From Takakia lepidozioides (Eukaryota; Plantae; Bryophyta), in assembly GCA_030704615.1 (NCBI GenBank), contig CM060734.1, positions 35,278,001-35,342,000 on the forward strand: 64,000 bases of DNA, read 5' to 3'. Below, piece after piece: positions 12,678 to 24,402 of the stretch. The notes beneath the pieces are model-generated. The model was not told where the DNA came from and did not search any database. It was given only the letters and a program-made list of their open reading frames with translations. Each line of letters begins with the position of its first letter. Within the stretch, counting starts at the first letter, position 1. Made by a program: the position numbers and the translations under genes.

Positions 12678-13606
12678 AATTATACATATATACATACACA
12701 GGTATAAGCTAAAAATACATGTTGCCCGTCTATTCTTGCTGTCCGTCTGTCAGTCCTTTGCCCGTGGTAAGGCTTGAGCCCAAGATAAGCCTAAGGGAGA
12801 GCGAGAGAGGGAGAGAGAGAGAGGGGAAGTCACGAAGCGCTTGTAAAAGCGGGATTGTCTCTCTTTGTGGATGTTGGTGCCAATATATGGCTATGTACAT
12901 ATACCAAACATGATACCAATGTAAGAGTATCAACGTGTAAGAGTTTGATATATTAAACTATATAGAACACACATCCCAACTTCAACATGATACCTTTGTA
13001 AGGGTATCAAATTTTTTGATAATTCTCAAGATGAACATATTTTTTGTTTTCTTTGTCATGGGCCAGATACTAGTGTTAGGGGACTACATGGTGATGCAGG
13101 GGAAGCCTTTCATCAATTGTCAGGTTTGATTTTGTCTGTTTTTTTTGGAGCCAGCCATGTTTCTTTTGCCAGTGAATCACAGGAAGCTGCTGATCTCTCT
13201 CCGTCTCTGGCTCTCCCTTTCTCGCTGAGGCTAAGGGTGGTTTCACAACTCCACAATTTCCTCAAGGGCACAAGAAAGAGGGCCAGCAAGAATAGACGGG
13301 CAACATGTATTTTTAGCTTATACTATTATATGTGTATAAATATAATTTGAATATATACATGTACATATATATTATATATTATATACAAAAATAAGTTAAA
13401 AATTATAGATTACAATTCAATTGAATTGCAAATTAGGGTTAGTTCAATTGAATTGCCCTTGCAATTCAATTGAATTGCGCACTTTTAGGGGGGTGATCAA
13501 GTGAATTGCGATGCATTTCACGTCAAGGCCTTTTTGGAATTCCCTACCAGACCAGGCGGGTATAAGCAACTGGCAATACCCCGGGCAGAACATATTGGGG
13601 GCAATA
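12448..13606 (-). mobile_element. Fragment of the hAT MITE family of 52646-53403, interrupted by a Mutator-like element
   Basis: 12448-12506 plus 13545-13606 match the reverse complement of ~53277-53388. Confidence 0.8.
12507..13544. mobile_element. Mutator-like (MULE) non-autonomous element with ~230-bp TIRs
   Basis: Long inverted repeats starting GGGAATTCCAAAAAGGCCTTGA; ~9-bp TSD TACCAGAC(T)C / TACCAGACC. Confidence 0.85.
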
Positions 13607-14553
13607 GAAAATTCAGAGTGACCCGCTTCAGGTCGTTTGGGAAATTAAGGGTTAATTTCGAACTTTTATATTTGATAAATGTTACATTTTTTTAATTTTT
13701 GTTTTGCAAAGGGATGAAGGCCTTAACTTTATTTGAATGGGGAAAAATTAAACCCCATAGGGGCCATAAAGCATGCACACCTGTTGGCGCGGGACGAACC
13801 CAGAGATCCATGATGAGAGAAAACCATCCTGCCGGATGAAAGTTATAGCTATTGCTCTAGACTAACACCTAGGAACGAGCTATGACTGAATCAGAGACCA
13901 CGAACTGTGAGCTCTCGATTTGAGGGCGAAATTTGGTAAAGAGGATAGTTGAGCAGACCAGCCACAATGCTACCTCTGATCTTAAAAACAAATGACAGAG
14001 CTTATGAAACCCTGCTGAGAGAAAACCAGATAGAGAGACCTACAGAAATGAGAATCTATCATGAGAGACTGAATTTGCAAAGATGCTGAGAGACGACGAG
14101 GTCGAGAGGAAGCCGACGAGAGCCTTGCATTCCAGCAAGGGAGGGGCAGCCTGGACCGACTGAGAAGGAGGTAACTCCTTGGGGATCGATTGTGACGGTA
14201 TGATTGGCTCAAGTGGTGAGGGAGGCTTGGGAGAAGACGAGGGGCAGCCGAGGAGAGGCAGTGGAGGGGAGCCCTGCAAGCGACAATCAACAACTAGATA
14301 AATGGAAGAAGGCAGGTGAGTGGAATGAGTTAGTGTAGTTTATCGATGATCGAAGCTGAGCCTGGTGGAGTGTCTGCCGTTGACATGTTTCCAATTTATT
14401 TCTCTGTCAAACTTAGGTGAGTTCTGGAAGCGGCGTTGATGATCTCTGCCAGCTGATTGGAGGGTTCTTGGTCCTTACCCCATGAATATTGGAATTTGCG
14501 GAAGATCCCAAGTTCAGCATCCGGATCCCTGCTGATGTCTACAATCATTTCAC

Positions 14554-14810
14554 CCAAGCCTTCTTTGCCTCAATTTGAACTTCATAAAAGATGGTGGCTA
14601 ACAGCACAGAGATACATGTCATCTCTTTACTCAGGGTCCAATTGCATCTGACCTTCCAGATGTTCCATAGTGTTATTGATCGGAACACTTCAAAGACAAG
14701 ACAATGACTGTAGATCTTGTGAGACAGAATGTCAAATGCTGCAGCCTAGGTATAGTGGAATCGTTGGAGCATTGTCTCCTTCACTACAACATACCTTCAA
14801 AAACCTGGCC
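14554..14810 (-). pseudogene. LINE ORF2 C-terminal remnant
   Basis: Minus frame ...FEVFRSITLWNIWKVRCNW... resembles the W-x-I-W-x-x-R motif downstream of the plant L1 zf-RVT; stops present. Confidence 0.45.
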
Positions 14811-16128
14811 TCGACTCATCCCCATAATGAACACTTGGAAACCAGGGTCACCATCCCCAATTCAAAAGCCAGGGCAACCTGTAAACAATATGAAAATAAG
14901 TCTACTCGCCCATTACGCCATGGTTGAATCATAGCCTGGCCACATAGATGCGGGCCCGTTGGGTGGACACATAGTTGCTCCACGCAGGCCCGCGACGTTG
15001 CTTGTTGTGGCCACACAGGCTGCAGTCCCACAATGCGTTGAATAAGTGACAAGCTGTTAGATGCCAGGAACGAAGGTCGACCTGTCAACCAGTTCGGAAC
15101 AACAGACCGCTAGAATATCGTCGAACTGACAGTTGCAGGTTAAATGGAGCAGGCTCGCGTGCATGAAGATAATCCAGGATTAGGGATTTAGCACAGGGGC
15201 GTGGACAAGGCAAGATGGTTGGAGTGGAGATGATGGTGTACAGGCGCCTGGAGCAGATCTGCATGGGCATGAAATCTGATCGTAGCACGGCGTGGTGGCT
15301 GGGTGGACCGGATGCTGTAACCGGTGCTGTGCTTATATAGCTGTAGGTTGATGTTGGAATAGACGTCACTGGCCTTTGGTGGCTTGCAGCAGCAGGGGAC
15401 TGTGATTTCTCTTTTGTATAGAGTGATGGTGTAAATCCTGTGACTAAGGTTTCATCAAGAGTTGATTTGAAGAGGGATAGTTTAGATCTGATTCCAGTCA
15501 CTGTTTGGAACAAGAAAGGTTCGTTTGAAGATTTGTGAATACGCTTCCGTGAAGAACTAGGCTGAACGATCGTTGATTGGAGTGATCTCTGTTACGATTA
15601 TAGAATTGTGACTGGAATAAGAGAAGCTGGTTACATGAGGTCCATACTGTTGTGGATTCAAGCAAGGAGTCTTATTGGGATTATTATAAATTCCCTGTGA
15701 ATAGCAATATAAACAAAGCGCCTGAAATCGGTCATAGTTGGACTGAAGAAAAGGAGTTAGAACCTTTTCACAAGCCATGAGTGATTGAGATGGTGTGTAA
15801 TCCAACGGCCCACAATATTTCACTATCTCACTCTTCCTCGCGCATAGTTACACAGCTGTGCAGCACGTTATCTCTTTGAACGTTGTGATGGTGTCGATTA
15901 GTATTGTGTTCCTCTCTGTGTCTTTGAACAATGGACCCTATAGAATTTTCAAGGTTGTCGCCTCTTTTTGCAACAGATGCAGATTATATTTTATTATGTA
16001 CGGTAGTAATGAGTGATTATATGCAGAAGAGACGTAGGTGAGAGTGGTGGAAACTTCCCCGTTCTAATCACAATTAGAGAACAATTCACAATGATGTTTG
16101 GCATTTTAGTCCTTAGGTTAGAAATGCC

Positions 16129-17128
16129 ATGTGGTTGGAAACATACAGGATGAAATATGCAGCATTTGGAAGGCTCTGCAATTTATTAACACATTTCATT
16201 CAAAGGCAATCAACAAATTGGACAAAGCCAATCGAAATTGATAAAGCAGTTGATATGGTTTTGCACAAGCTGACATTAGGGTACTCCACTAGGATCGTGA
16301 CCAATCTGTTCTGTGTTGGCCGCAATACTATGTACTTGTATACCAAGCTTATCACCGAGTGTCTATCTAATAAATATATCTTGTACTCACAATTTGTTAG
16401 CATACCTGAAGGAGAACGATTAGAATTTGTTACACATGGATTCTTGGAGGTTACAAGTTTGCCTAATCTATGTGGAGCTATGTTAGACGGCATCCGCATT
16501 AAGTTGGCTGAAAAACCAAACCTGATTTACGTGCCACCGGACTATTGGAATAGACATGATCACCATAGTGTACAGCCACAACTACATGTTCTGGGATGCA
16601 TGTGTTAGTGCATCTGGAGGCACTCATGATGCAACACATTTTCGAACATCTTCATTGTATCGCAAATTAATGAGTAGATAAATACTCCAACATCATATGT
16701 TGACAATTTCAGGAGTTCGAATTCATCCTTATATTGTTGGAGATTATGCCTATCTTCTACTCATCAATTTGACAAAAGCTTACGAGTTAGCTAGGGTGTG
16801 TAGCCCAGACAAGGACGCATATGATAGAAATTTGCGCAAAGCTAGAGTAAGAATAGAAAATTCTTTTGGACAACTGAAGAACAGATGGAGGTTGTTGAAG
16901 CGCTTGAATTTCATAAATCCATATGCCGCTCAAATTATCTTGGCATGTGTTGCTTTACACAATTTCTACAAGATGTGTGGAGAAGAACCATTGGATAACT
17001 TCAATACCTGTGATTTGCATTGCGAGAGTAGTTTTAAGCCCAATGTAAGGATCATGAATTGGGTAGGAGCACGGGGGTCGCAAATCAGCTGCAACAAGTC
17101 CAAAGACTTCATTGTGACTTGTTCCTGA
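16129..17128 (+). pseudogene. PIF/Harbinger (HARBI1-like DDE) transposase, frameshifted
   Basis: CGAMLDG, YWNRH..HS, GGTHD, YIVGDYAY, ARVRIENSFGQLKNRWRLL motifs across two broken ORFs. Confidence 0.88.
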
Positions 17129-17659
17129 GTGGCAGCAACTTGATGTAGATGCTTGATTATAAGACGCTCATAAACCTTCAACTCCTTTGTATTCGATTGG
17201 TTGGCCTTCAAGGGTTCACATGCTTGCTGGAGCTCCCTGAGTTTCTGCTGGTGAATCTTCTCCAGCTTTACTGCAGACGGTGCAACAAGTGGCATTGCTC
17301 ATGTGCGGCAGCGGCCGCTTGAGCTTCAGTTTCTGCCTTCTCTTTTTCAGCATCAGCCCTCTGCTTTGCCTCTGCCTCAGCCCTAGCTTTGATGTGCCTC
17401 TCCTTTTCTTCACGGGCAACAGTTTCCTGGCGACTAGCCTCCTCCTCAGGACCCCACGCAAGGTAGAAATGACTACCCTAATTTGAATGACAATATTCCT
17501 CCTAGAAGACCTAACAGTGAAAGAGTCTCTAGCAGGGAGCAAAACTGATTCAAAATACACTCTAGAGTATTGAATAGAACATAGACATGATGATTAGCAT
17601 GAACATTTAGATCTTTATTATACTTTGTCACTAATACCACAAAGCATGTTGCCCATGCT

Positions 17660-18420
17660 TGTAGATTATTCGAAGTCTCTTTACATTAGAGGCTCTAACT
17701 AATGGCCAACTCACTCAGTTTGAGTGAGGATTGGTGCCTTGGCATCCTTACACAAGCCTTAATACACTTATAGTGTGATAAGATGCAAAAACATATGGTG
17801 TGATACCATTCCACACACGCTGAGGTATATTCCCATTACAATGTCTATGTTGCAATTCAAATGTCTCTTCACATTAGAGGCTCTAATTAATGGCCAACTC
17901 GCTCAATTTAAGTGAGGTTTGGTGTAATGGCTTCTTTACATAGACCTGAACATTCTTATAGTGTGATGGGATACAAGAAAACATGGTGTGATGCCATTCC
18001 ACACACCTAAAATGTCAGCCCTAAACCTTATGTGTTGCAATTAAAGCCTTATTCACATTAAAGGCTCTAACTATTTGAGTGAGGGTTGGTGCAATGGGAT
18101 CCTTACAAAAGCCTTCACAGATTTATATTGTTACATATGATGCCAAAACAAATGGTGTGATATCATTCCACATACCTAAGATACCCCCTATATGCCTAAT
18201 ATATTGCAATTCAAAGTTATCTTCAAATTAGAGGCTATATCTAATGACCAACTCACTTAGTTTGAGTGGGGGTTGATGCAATGGCATCCTCACACAAGCC
18301 TTGCATAAATGTAATATGATGAAAGACAAGAAATTTTAATGTCATACCATGTCTAAACCCCTAATATGTGAAGGAATGTAATTGAAATAATAGTTCACTT
18401 AATTTGAGTGAGTGATGGTG
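17660..18420. repeat. Degenerate tandem array, ~170-188-bp unit, ~4 copies
   Basis: CATTAGAGGCTCTAA...GAGTGAGG recurs at ~17684, 17872, 18056 and 18226. Confidence 0.85.
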
Positions 18421-20624
18421 CTAATGAATCATCGTTGTGGCATAACAATACCTTTCACATGAAAGACTGAAAGAAAACTTAAGACATGTGCATTATACGC
18501 TTTTAGGTAATACTTTCATACAAAGAGTTTCTCATTTGCATCACATCTTGCTCCATGTGTTTAGTCTTGCACCGTATTTCAAAGTTTCATATAGTCATCT
18601 TAGATTCCTACAAGCACTAAGAAAAATCATCATGTCCAAATAAAAAGCAAACTAAATCTATTACACCTGCTGCCTGCAAGGTCGACGCCTCCTCCTGCTT
18701 CCGTAACGAACGTACTCTACCCGTTGGTGGATTTTTTTCAAGAATTACTTGGTGACTTTCTAGTACTCTCACAAAGACGTAAATGAAAATGACGCATGAC
18801 ACGTGGAAGTCTATGATATGATACGAGCTTCCCAGAACGTACGTTAGGCAGCATAACAAAGTTCTCTTTGCGATGGAGAATTGGGTTGTGCGGATGCGGG
18901 GGCTGCAGTGTAGAGATGCTTTGACAACGCTGCGCGCCGAGGCCCCACGTTATGGGAGCTGCGTTTCACGAACGTGTATGGCCTATGTGGCCTTGACATC
19001 AGCTCAAATTGAATGGAATCAACAAACAAAATTCACTATGATATGGGAGCAAAAGATGCAATGGGGAGCATTCAATGAGTGGAGATTTAGAGGATATCAT
19101 GAGATATGTGAGTGTCAGATACAAACAGTTTTAAGCACGTGAGTTAGTCTGTGTTATACCACCACATTTATTACCCCAAAGTGGACAAATCCCTACAACT
19201 TATAGGTCATCTTTGAAGATGAAATTTCTCACTCATAAATATGTATAGCGGCCCCAGCTCCCACGGGCCAGCTTCTACTCTCGAATGTTTGAGGTTCTAT
19301 TTCTAATTTTTCCTATTCACTATCCGCCTACAGTCACTAGGTACCTACCTCTCTGTGTTGTTCTTGTGCTATGGTTTAGCTATGTACATTTTTGCTTGTT
19401 CGTTTCTACCTCGTAGCCTCTCGTTTGCTTGTACATTGTTTCTCGGTATTAAAGCCTCTTATTGAGGTTCCAAGTTTACATTTTTAAGGGGGCTCTTAGC
19501 CCACGGACTCTCTCTTCCCTTACCATCTTATGCGTTTAATATTCTTCTCATCCTCTTAGTTTTGGTCACGAAGTAGTGTAAGGTGGAGGCCCAAGGAACC
19601 CTCTAGAGTTTTATTGGCTCATCTTTATTCTGAAGAAGAGACTATGCATCAGTGTCAAAATTTGCTAACCCCCCGTTATGCCTTCCCAAGGTGTAACATC
19701 TTTTCCTCTATTGAAAACTACTTTGATGTGTAACATGACCTCTCTCATGTAACATCTCATTACTGGAAATAAATGGATGAATTTCTAAGTTTACTATGGA
19801 TGAAAATAGGTTCCACATTTCACAAGGAATGACTAGCCGCTTGCATAGAAAATATTAAAATAAATATCAATATCTTGGTAGTAAAGCCTTCAAGATGGCT
19901 TTTAGAGGCTTCTAGAAGCTGCTTTTCATCTTTATCAATCTGTTTGGGCACAACTTTTCATTTATACAAACACATGTCGTCATTTTCGTCCGGCCTTAGA
20001 CTACTTGTGTTTAGGAGGGTTGTTAGGTTGTGTTTCAGTTTTTTCCGTCTTTTCTTGGACCATATATGATTAACTTACAACCTTTGCCAGGTTAAGTTTT
20101 TCTTATTAAGAAAAATTTGATTCGAGAGCCAATGTTTGTATAGGTTAGGACATATCATTGTGACTCTATTATGTCATCATACTTTATAATAATATAATTT
20201 ATACAAATCCAGGGTCATTCCCTAAATATTGACTATCTTCTATTGTATTGTATCTATAAATAATCTATATACAGTCGACCCTGCTTTAATGTTAGGCCTC
20301 TAGAGTATGAATTTTCTAACAAATACCCAGGTATCACATATAATCAATTTACAAGAGACAGAGTAAACGAGGTCATGCCAATGAAATATAACATTTATTC
20401 ATTGAGTAGGTTGAAAATATGAAAGAATGTCGGTTTGTTGACAAGTAGAATGCCTAGCTAAAATCGCTTCCTTATGGATTGCTAAGAACTTCATAAGACA
20501 AGCACTAGTATCGTTGTTTTGCTACAAGATATAAATGTAAAGTGTCAATGAACCTCATGAATGGATGAATGGATGCTCTATTTTGGGGATGTCTCTTTCT
20601 AGAATCTAACTACTACGGAGGTGC

Positions 20625-20711
20625 TGTCGTGCGCATACATATCGCTACACAACTACATCGCTGTCCAAACCACACCACACATATATGCACAATAAAGTAG
20701 TCTGCCACAAT
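20625..20711 (-). repeat. Repeat B, terminal copy (U3-start segment of the LTR)
   Basis: Identical to 21056-21142. Confidence 0.95.
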
Positions 20712-21053
20712 AAACCCACGAACACACTGTTTACACAAAACATGAAAACCAAACCATCACTCTTAGAAATAGTAGTCGAGCCAGGGGCACCCCAAGCTAT
20801 GGGGACTCCACCCCACAACAACCTACACTCCCATCATGAGTACACTCAGAACTAAACGCATGCAGGAGCTCGGTCGCGCAGGCTCAACTCGAGAAAGATG
20901 AGCCGCGCGACTGCCGCTCTCGTGAAGATAAGACGGACCAGGTGTCAAACTAAACTTGATACCTGATTAAACACTTGACCTAAATCCAAGTGTTAAATAC
21001 AAATAATTAGTTTTATTCTAGCTGTTTTCACACTGTGCTTATTTAACTTGACA
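20712..21053 (-). repeat. Repeat A, 3' copy (rest of U3 plus R-U5)
   Basis: 342 bp with 4 mismatches versus 32272-32613. Confidence 0.95.
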
Positions 21054-21055
21054 GC

Positions 21056-21142
21056 TGTCGTGCGCATACATATCGCTACACAACTACATCGCTGTCCAAA
21101 CCACACCACACATATATGCACAATAAAGTAGTCTGCCACAAT
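21056..21142 (-). repeat. Repeat B, internal copy, following the PPT
   Basis: Identical to 20625-20711; joined to A through palindrome GACAGCTGTC (21050-21059). Confidence 0.95.
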
Positions 21143-21152
21143 CGCCCCCCTA
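21143..21152 (-). other. Polypurine tract
   Basis: Minus strand TAGGGGGGCG immediately before AT-TGTGG, the start of B. Confidence 0.7.
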
Positions 21153-21400
21153 GCTGGTGGATAGGTCCCTCTACCTCCAGATAGCTACAAGATGTAATAG
21201 CCACAGCCGTACTAAGTCCTCTATCACTGTCCATATTGTACTCAAACTCTATAGACCAAGAGGCCGGGTACAAGAGTAGCCCCATCGTTAGTCGCCATCT
21301 TGCAATCTGTGAACTTGAGCCAGGACCTCGTGTGTTCAAGGTCTCCTAGTAGCTGGGCTTTGCGTTTCTTGTTAGCCTTCCATGGTTGTATCCACTCCCA

Positions 21401-21715
21401 CTATCCAATGCAATGTGGACATAACCAATCCCCATCCGGAACCATCTCAAGAGGTGGAGTCAAGCATCCCATATGCCAACCTCTAGAGCATCGATCGCAC
21501 ACCAGCATGGTGGCTGCCCCTTTAGCAGACCCACACAACATGCACCTCAAACCTGCAGATACCACTACCAGGTTTGGGTCAATCCTGCCATCAACATTCG
21601 GAAGGTGACATGGCGCACAATTACGCACATGGTCCTTCCAAGTTATGCCATCCCGACCCTCCAAGACCAAGACGCCTGAGGCAAGACCTCTCGAACCCTC
21701 AAAATAACACGTCAT
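21401..21715 (-). CDS. Integrase C-terminal PHD finger (frameshifted segment of pol)
   Basis: CMLC...MLVCDRCSRGWHMGCLTPPL..VPDGDWLCPHC, a C4HC3 PHD. Confidence 0.92.
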   Translation of the reverse strand: MTCYFEGSRGLASGVLVLEGRDGITWKDHVRNCAPCHLPNVDGRIDPNLVVVSAGLRCMLCGSAKGAATMLVCDRCSRGWHMGCLTPPLEMVPDGDWLCPHCIG

Positions 21716-21900
21716 GCAGTCACATCCAAGGTCGTAGGAGCAGTCTGCTGCAGATAGACATAGTCACCAGGGTTGAATCTCCGAACCCCAGGACGATAGC
21801 CCCCACCACGTATGGTAGCATACCTCAACGTATCACGGTGTTGTGCAATGGCAAGGTTCTCGAAAGCCATGGGCATGACTCTCTTGAACAACTCTGCACG

Positions 21901-23051
21901 CTACTCACATGCACGTGCCCACACGTCCGGATCGTCAAGGTTAAGAACTGTAGCAGCTTCTCTGCGAATGGATGTAGGCAAATCCGGCTCTCGGCCAAAG
22001 AGAAGAAAGTATGGTGAGAAGGAGGCAAGTGATGCTTGCTTGCTGAACCTGTAGCCCATGGCTAACCAGGGTAACTGAAGGTCCCAATCTCCTAGGTGTC
22101 CGTTCTGCAAGCCATACTTGCGCAAACCCCTCTTTACTGTCTGAACAACTCTCTCTGCCAAGCCATCGGCTTCAGGATGATCCCGAGAAGTGGTGCGGTG
22201 GTCTATCAAGGCCTTGTCACACAAAGCCTGAAACTCCCCCAAGAACTCTCTCCCTTGGTCCGTGAGTACCTCAGCTGGAGCACCGAATCGGCTAAGCACA
22301 CAATCCAGGAATGCATACGCAGCTCCCTCACTAGCCTTATCAGGCAATGGAACCAATTCAATCCACTTGGAGAAGTGCTCCACCATCACCAACACGTACT
22401 TGTTGTGGCGCATGGTCAGTGGCAACGGCCCTGCGAAGTCAAGACTCCACCTGTAGCCCAATCCATGATCGGAAGAGGGTGCAATTGTGGAGTAGGGGCG
22501 TTGAATGAAGCACACACCCTGTCACACACCATGCACCTAGCCACAAATTGTTGCACCTCTGTGTGCATACCACGCCACCAATACTGCCCCTGCAGTAGAC
22601 TATGAGTGCGTCGCACCCCAAAATGCCCCAACTCCTCATGGGCATGCCGCACTAACCGTGCCCGCTGTGTTGGGTGAGGCACAATCCTCACTCGACCATC
22701 CTCCCACACTCGGAGCAGGTGTGTCCCCTCCCACCTGAACCTCTTGGCTCGTTGTAGGATCCGATCCCTCTCCTTGGCAGTCATAGTGGCTGCCGTGTCT
22801 CCACTGCGGAGGTAGTCCAACACAACTGAATCCTCATGTATATCTTTGGCGCCACCCTGCTCATTGCTGGCCTCAGGGTCCTCAGACACTTGATCTACAG
22901 TCATCCCTGTTGTAGGTCCAACCTGGCCTTCCGCTGCCAAGATACACAGAAATGCAGATGCATGCCATCCAGGCACCATCTCCTCGTCCGTCTCACCATG
23001 CCACCGAGCTCCAGTGTCATCCTGCTGGCTCGTGCATGGATTGCGACTCAA
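21901..23051 (-). CDS. Integrase: HHCC zinc-binding domain plus rve DDE core (frameshifted)
   Basis: HEELGHFG...YWWRGM...CMVC; WSLDFAGPLP, VLTDQGREF, HPEADGLAER. Confidence 0.93.
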
Positions 23052-24373
23052 CCCATCTGCATTTGATTGACCAAACCCGGTCGATGCACCACCTGAAAGT
23101 CATACTCTTGAAGGATGAGTGCCCACCGTGCAAGCTTCCCCGTAAGCTTGTCTGACTCCATCAACCACTTGAGTGGTTGGTGATCCGTGACAAGGGTGAA
23201 GAGATTGCCGTATAGATAGCACCTGAAGTGTGCCACGGCCCACACTGCAGCTAAGCATTCTCCCTCATATGAGCTATACTTAGACTCTGCAGCATTGTTC
23301 GAGCGGCTAGCATAAGCCACTACAAACTCTCTTCCCTCATCATCCACCTGTGTGAGCACCGCTCCAAGCCCCAACATGCTCCAATCTGTATGCAGCTGAA
23401 AAGGACGCCCCCTGATAGGTCGTCTCAAGATGGGCGCCGAGGTCAACCTCGCCTTGAGCTCTTGAAAAGCTTGTTCTTGCTCATCTTCCCACTGCCACTC
23501 CTGGTCCACCTTGGTCAGCTTGGTTAGAGCCTTTGCAATGGCACTAAATCCCTTAACAAACCGTCTGTAATAGTTTGCTAACCCCATGAAAGCTCGAACT
23601 CGGCTCACATCCGTGGGGCGTGGAACCTGTGCAATGGACTCTACCTTAGTCTGCTGTACCCCCAATCCTCCAGGATATATCATGTGACCCAGATACTCAA
23701 TCTGGTTGTGGAAAAACTTGCACTTGCCCGGATGTAACTTCAATCCGTGCGTCCTCAAGCGCTCAAATACCCCCTGAAGGTGTCTCTCATGCTCCTCCAC
23801 CGTAGCACTAAAGATGATGATGTCATCTATGTAGCACCGAGCAAACTCCACCCCTGCTAGAATCCTGTCCATGACTCTTTGAAACTCAGCGGGAGCGTTT
23901 TTAAGCCCAAATGGTAAGAACCGCCACTGGTATAGGCAATCCTTCCCGTGCTCATTGATCCCCCAGAATGCCGTCTTTTGCTTATCCGCCTCCTTGATCG
24001 GCAACTGGTGATATCCGGATCGTAAATCCAACGTGCTAAAGACCTTGGAATGCCCAATGGCATCAAAGATCTCCTCTGGTGTTGGCATGGCATACCTATC
24101 GGACTTGGTCTGACGATTTACAGGCCGGTAATCACCGCACATACGTCTCTCCGTCCAATTGCCATAGACATCCTTCTTAGCTGGCATCACTGTGGCTGAA
24201 GCATACTCTCCACCAGAGAGCTCCACCAAACCTGCCTCCCAGAGATCTTGAGTCCTCATCTGAATCAAAGACCTCTCCATGTCACTGTATCTATAGGGTC
24301 TCCGAAAGATTGGCGTGTCAGTGGCCAACTCAATACGGATCTCTTGACCCTTCAGTGCTCCCAAGTCCTTCAA
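23048..24373 (-). CDS. Reverse transcriptase and RNase H (gypsy type)
   Basis: RMCGDYR, LDLRSGYHQ, LPFGLKNAP, YIDD, TDWS, YSSYEGECLA, TDHQPL. Confidence 0.97.
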   Translation of the reverse strand: MKDLGALKGQEIRIELATDTPIFRRPYRYSDMERSLIQMRTQDLWEAGLVELSGGEYASATVMPAKKDVYGNWTERRMCGDYRPVNRQTKSDRYAMPTPEEIFDAIGHSKVFSTLDLRSGYHQLPIKEADKQKTAFWGINEHGKDCLYQWRFLPFGLKNAPAEFQRVMDRILAGVEFARCYIDDIIIFSATVEEHERHLQGVFERLRTHGLKLHPGKCKFFHNQIEYLGHMIYPGGLGVQQTKVESIAQVPRPTDVSRVRAFMGLANYYRRFVKGFSAIAKALTKLTKVDQEWQWEDEQEQAFQELKARLTSAPILRRPIRGRPFQLHTDWSMLGLGAVLTQVDDEGREFVVAYASRSNNAAESKYSSYEGECLAAVWAVAHFRCYLYGNLFTLVTDHQPLKWLMESDKLTGKLARWALILQEYDFQVVHRPGLVNQMQMG

Positions 24374-24402
24374 ACTGAAGGCAAAGCAATTCCTGTAAGC
24401 CC

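Noticed and set aside
17660-18420. CRISPR-like array
   Set aside because: Whole units are similar, there are no unique spacers, and the context is eukaryotic
20625-21053. Independent solo LTR (TGTC...GACA) next to another element
   Set aside because: It has no TSD of its own; the matching GTGC lies at 32614, and its two parts recur split around the internal region
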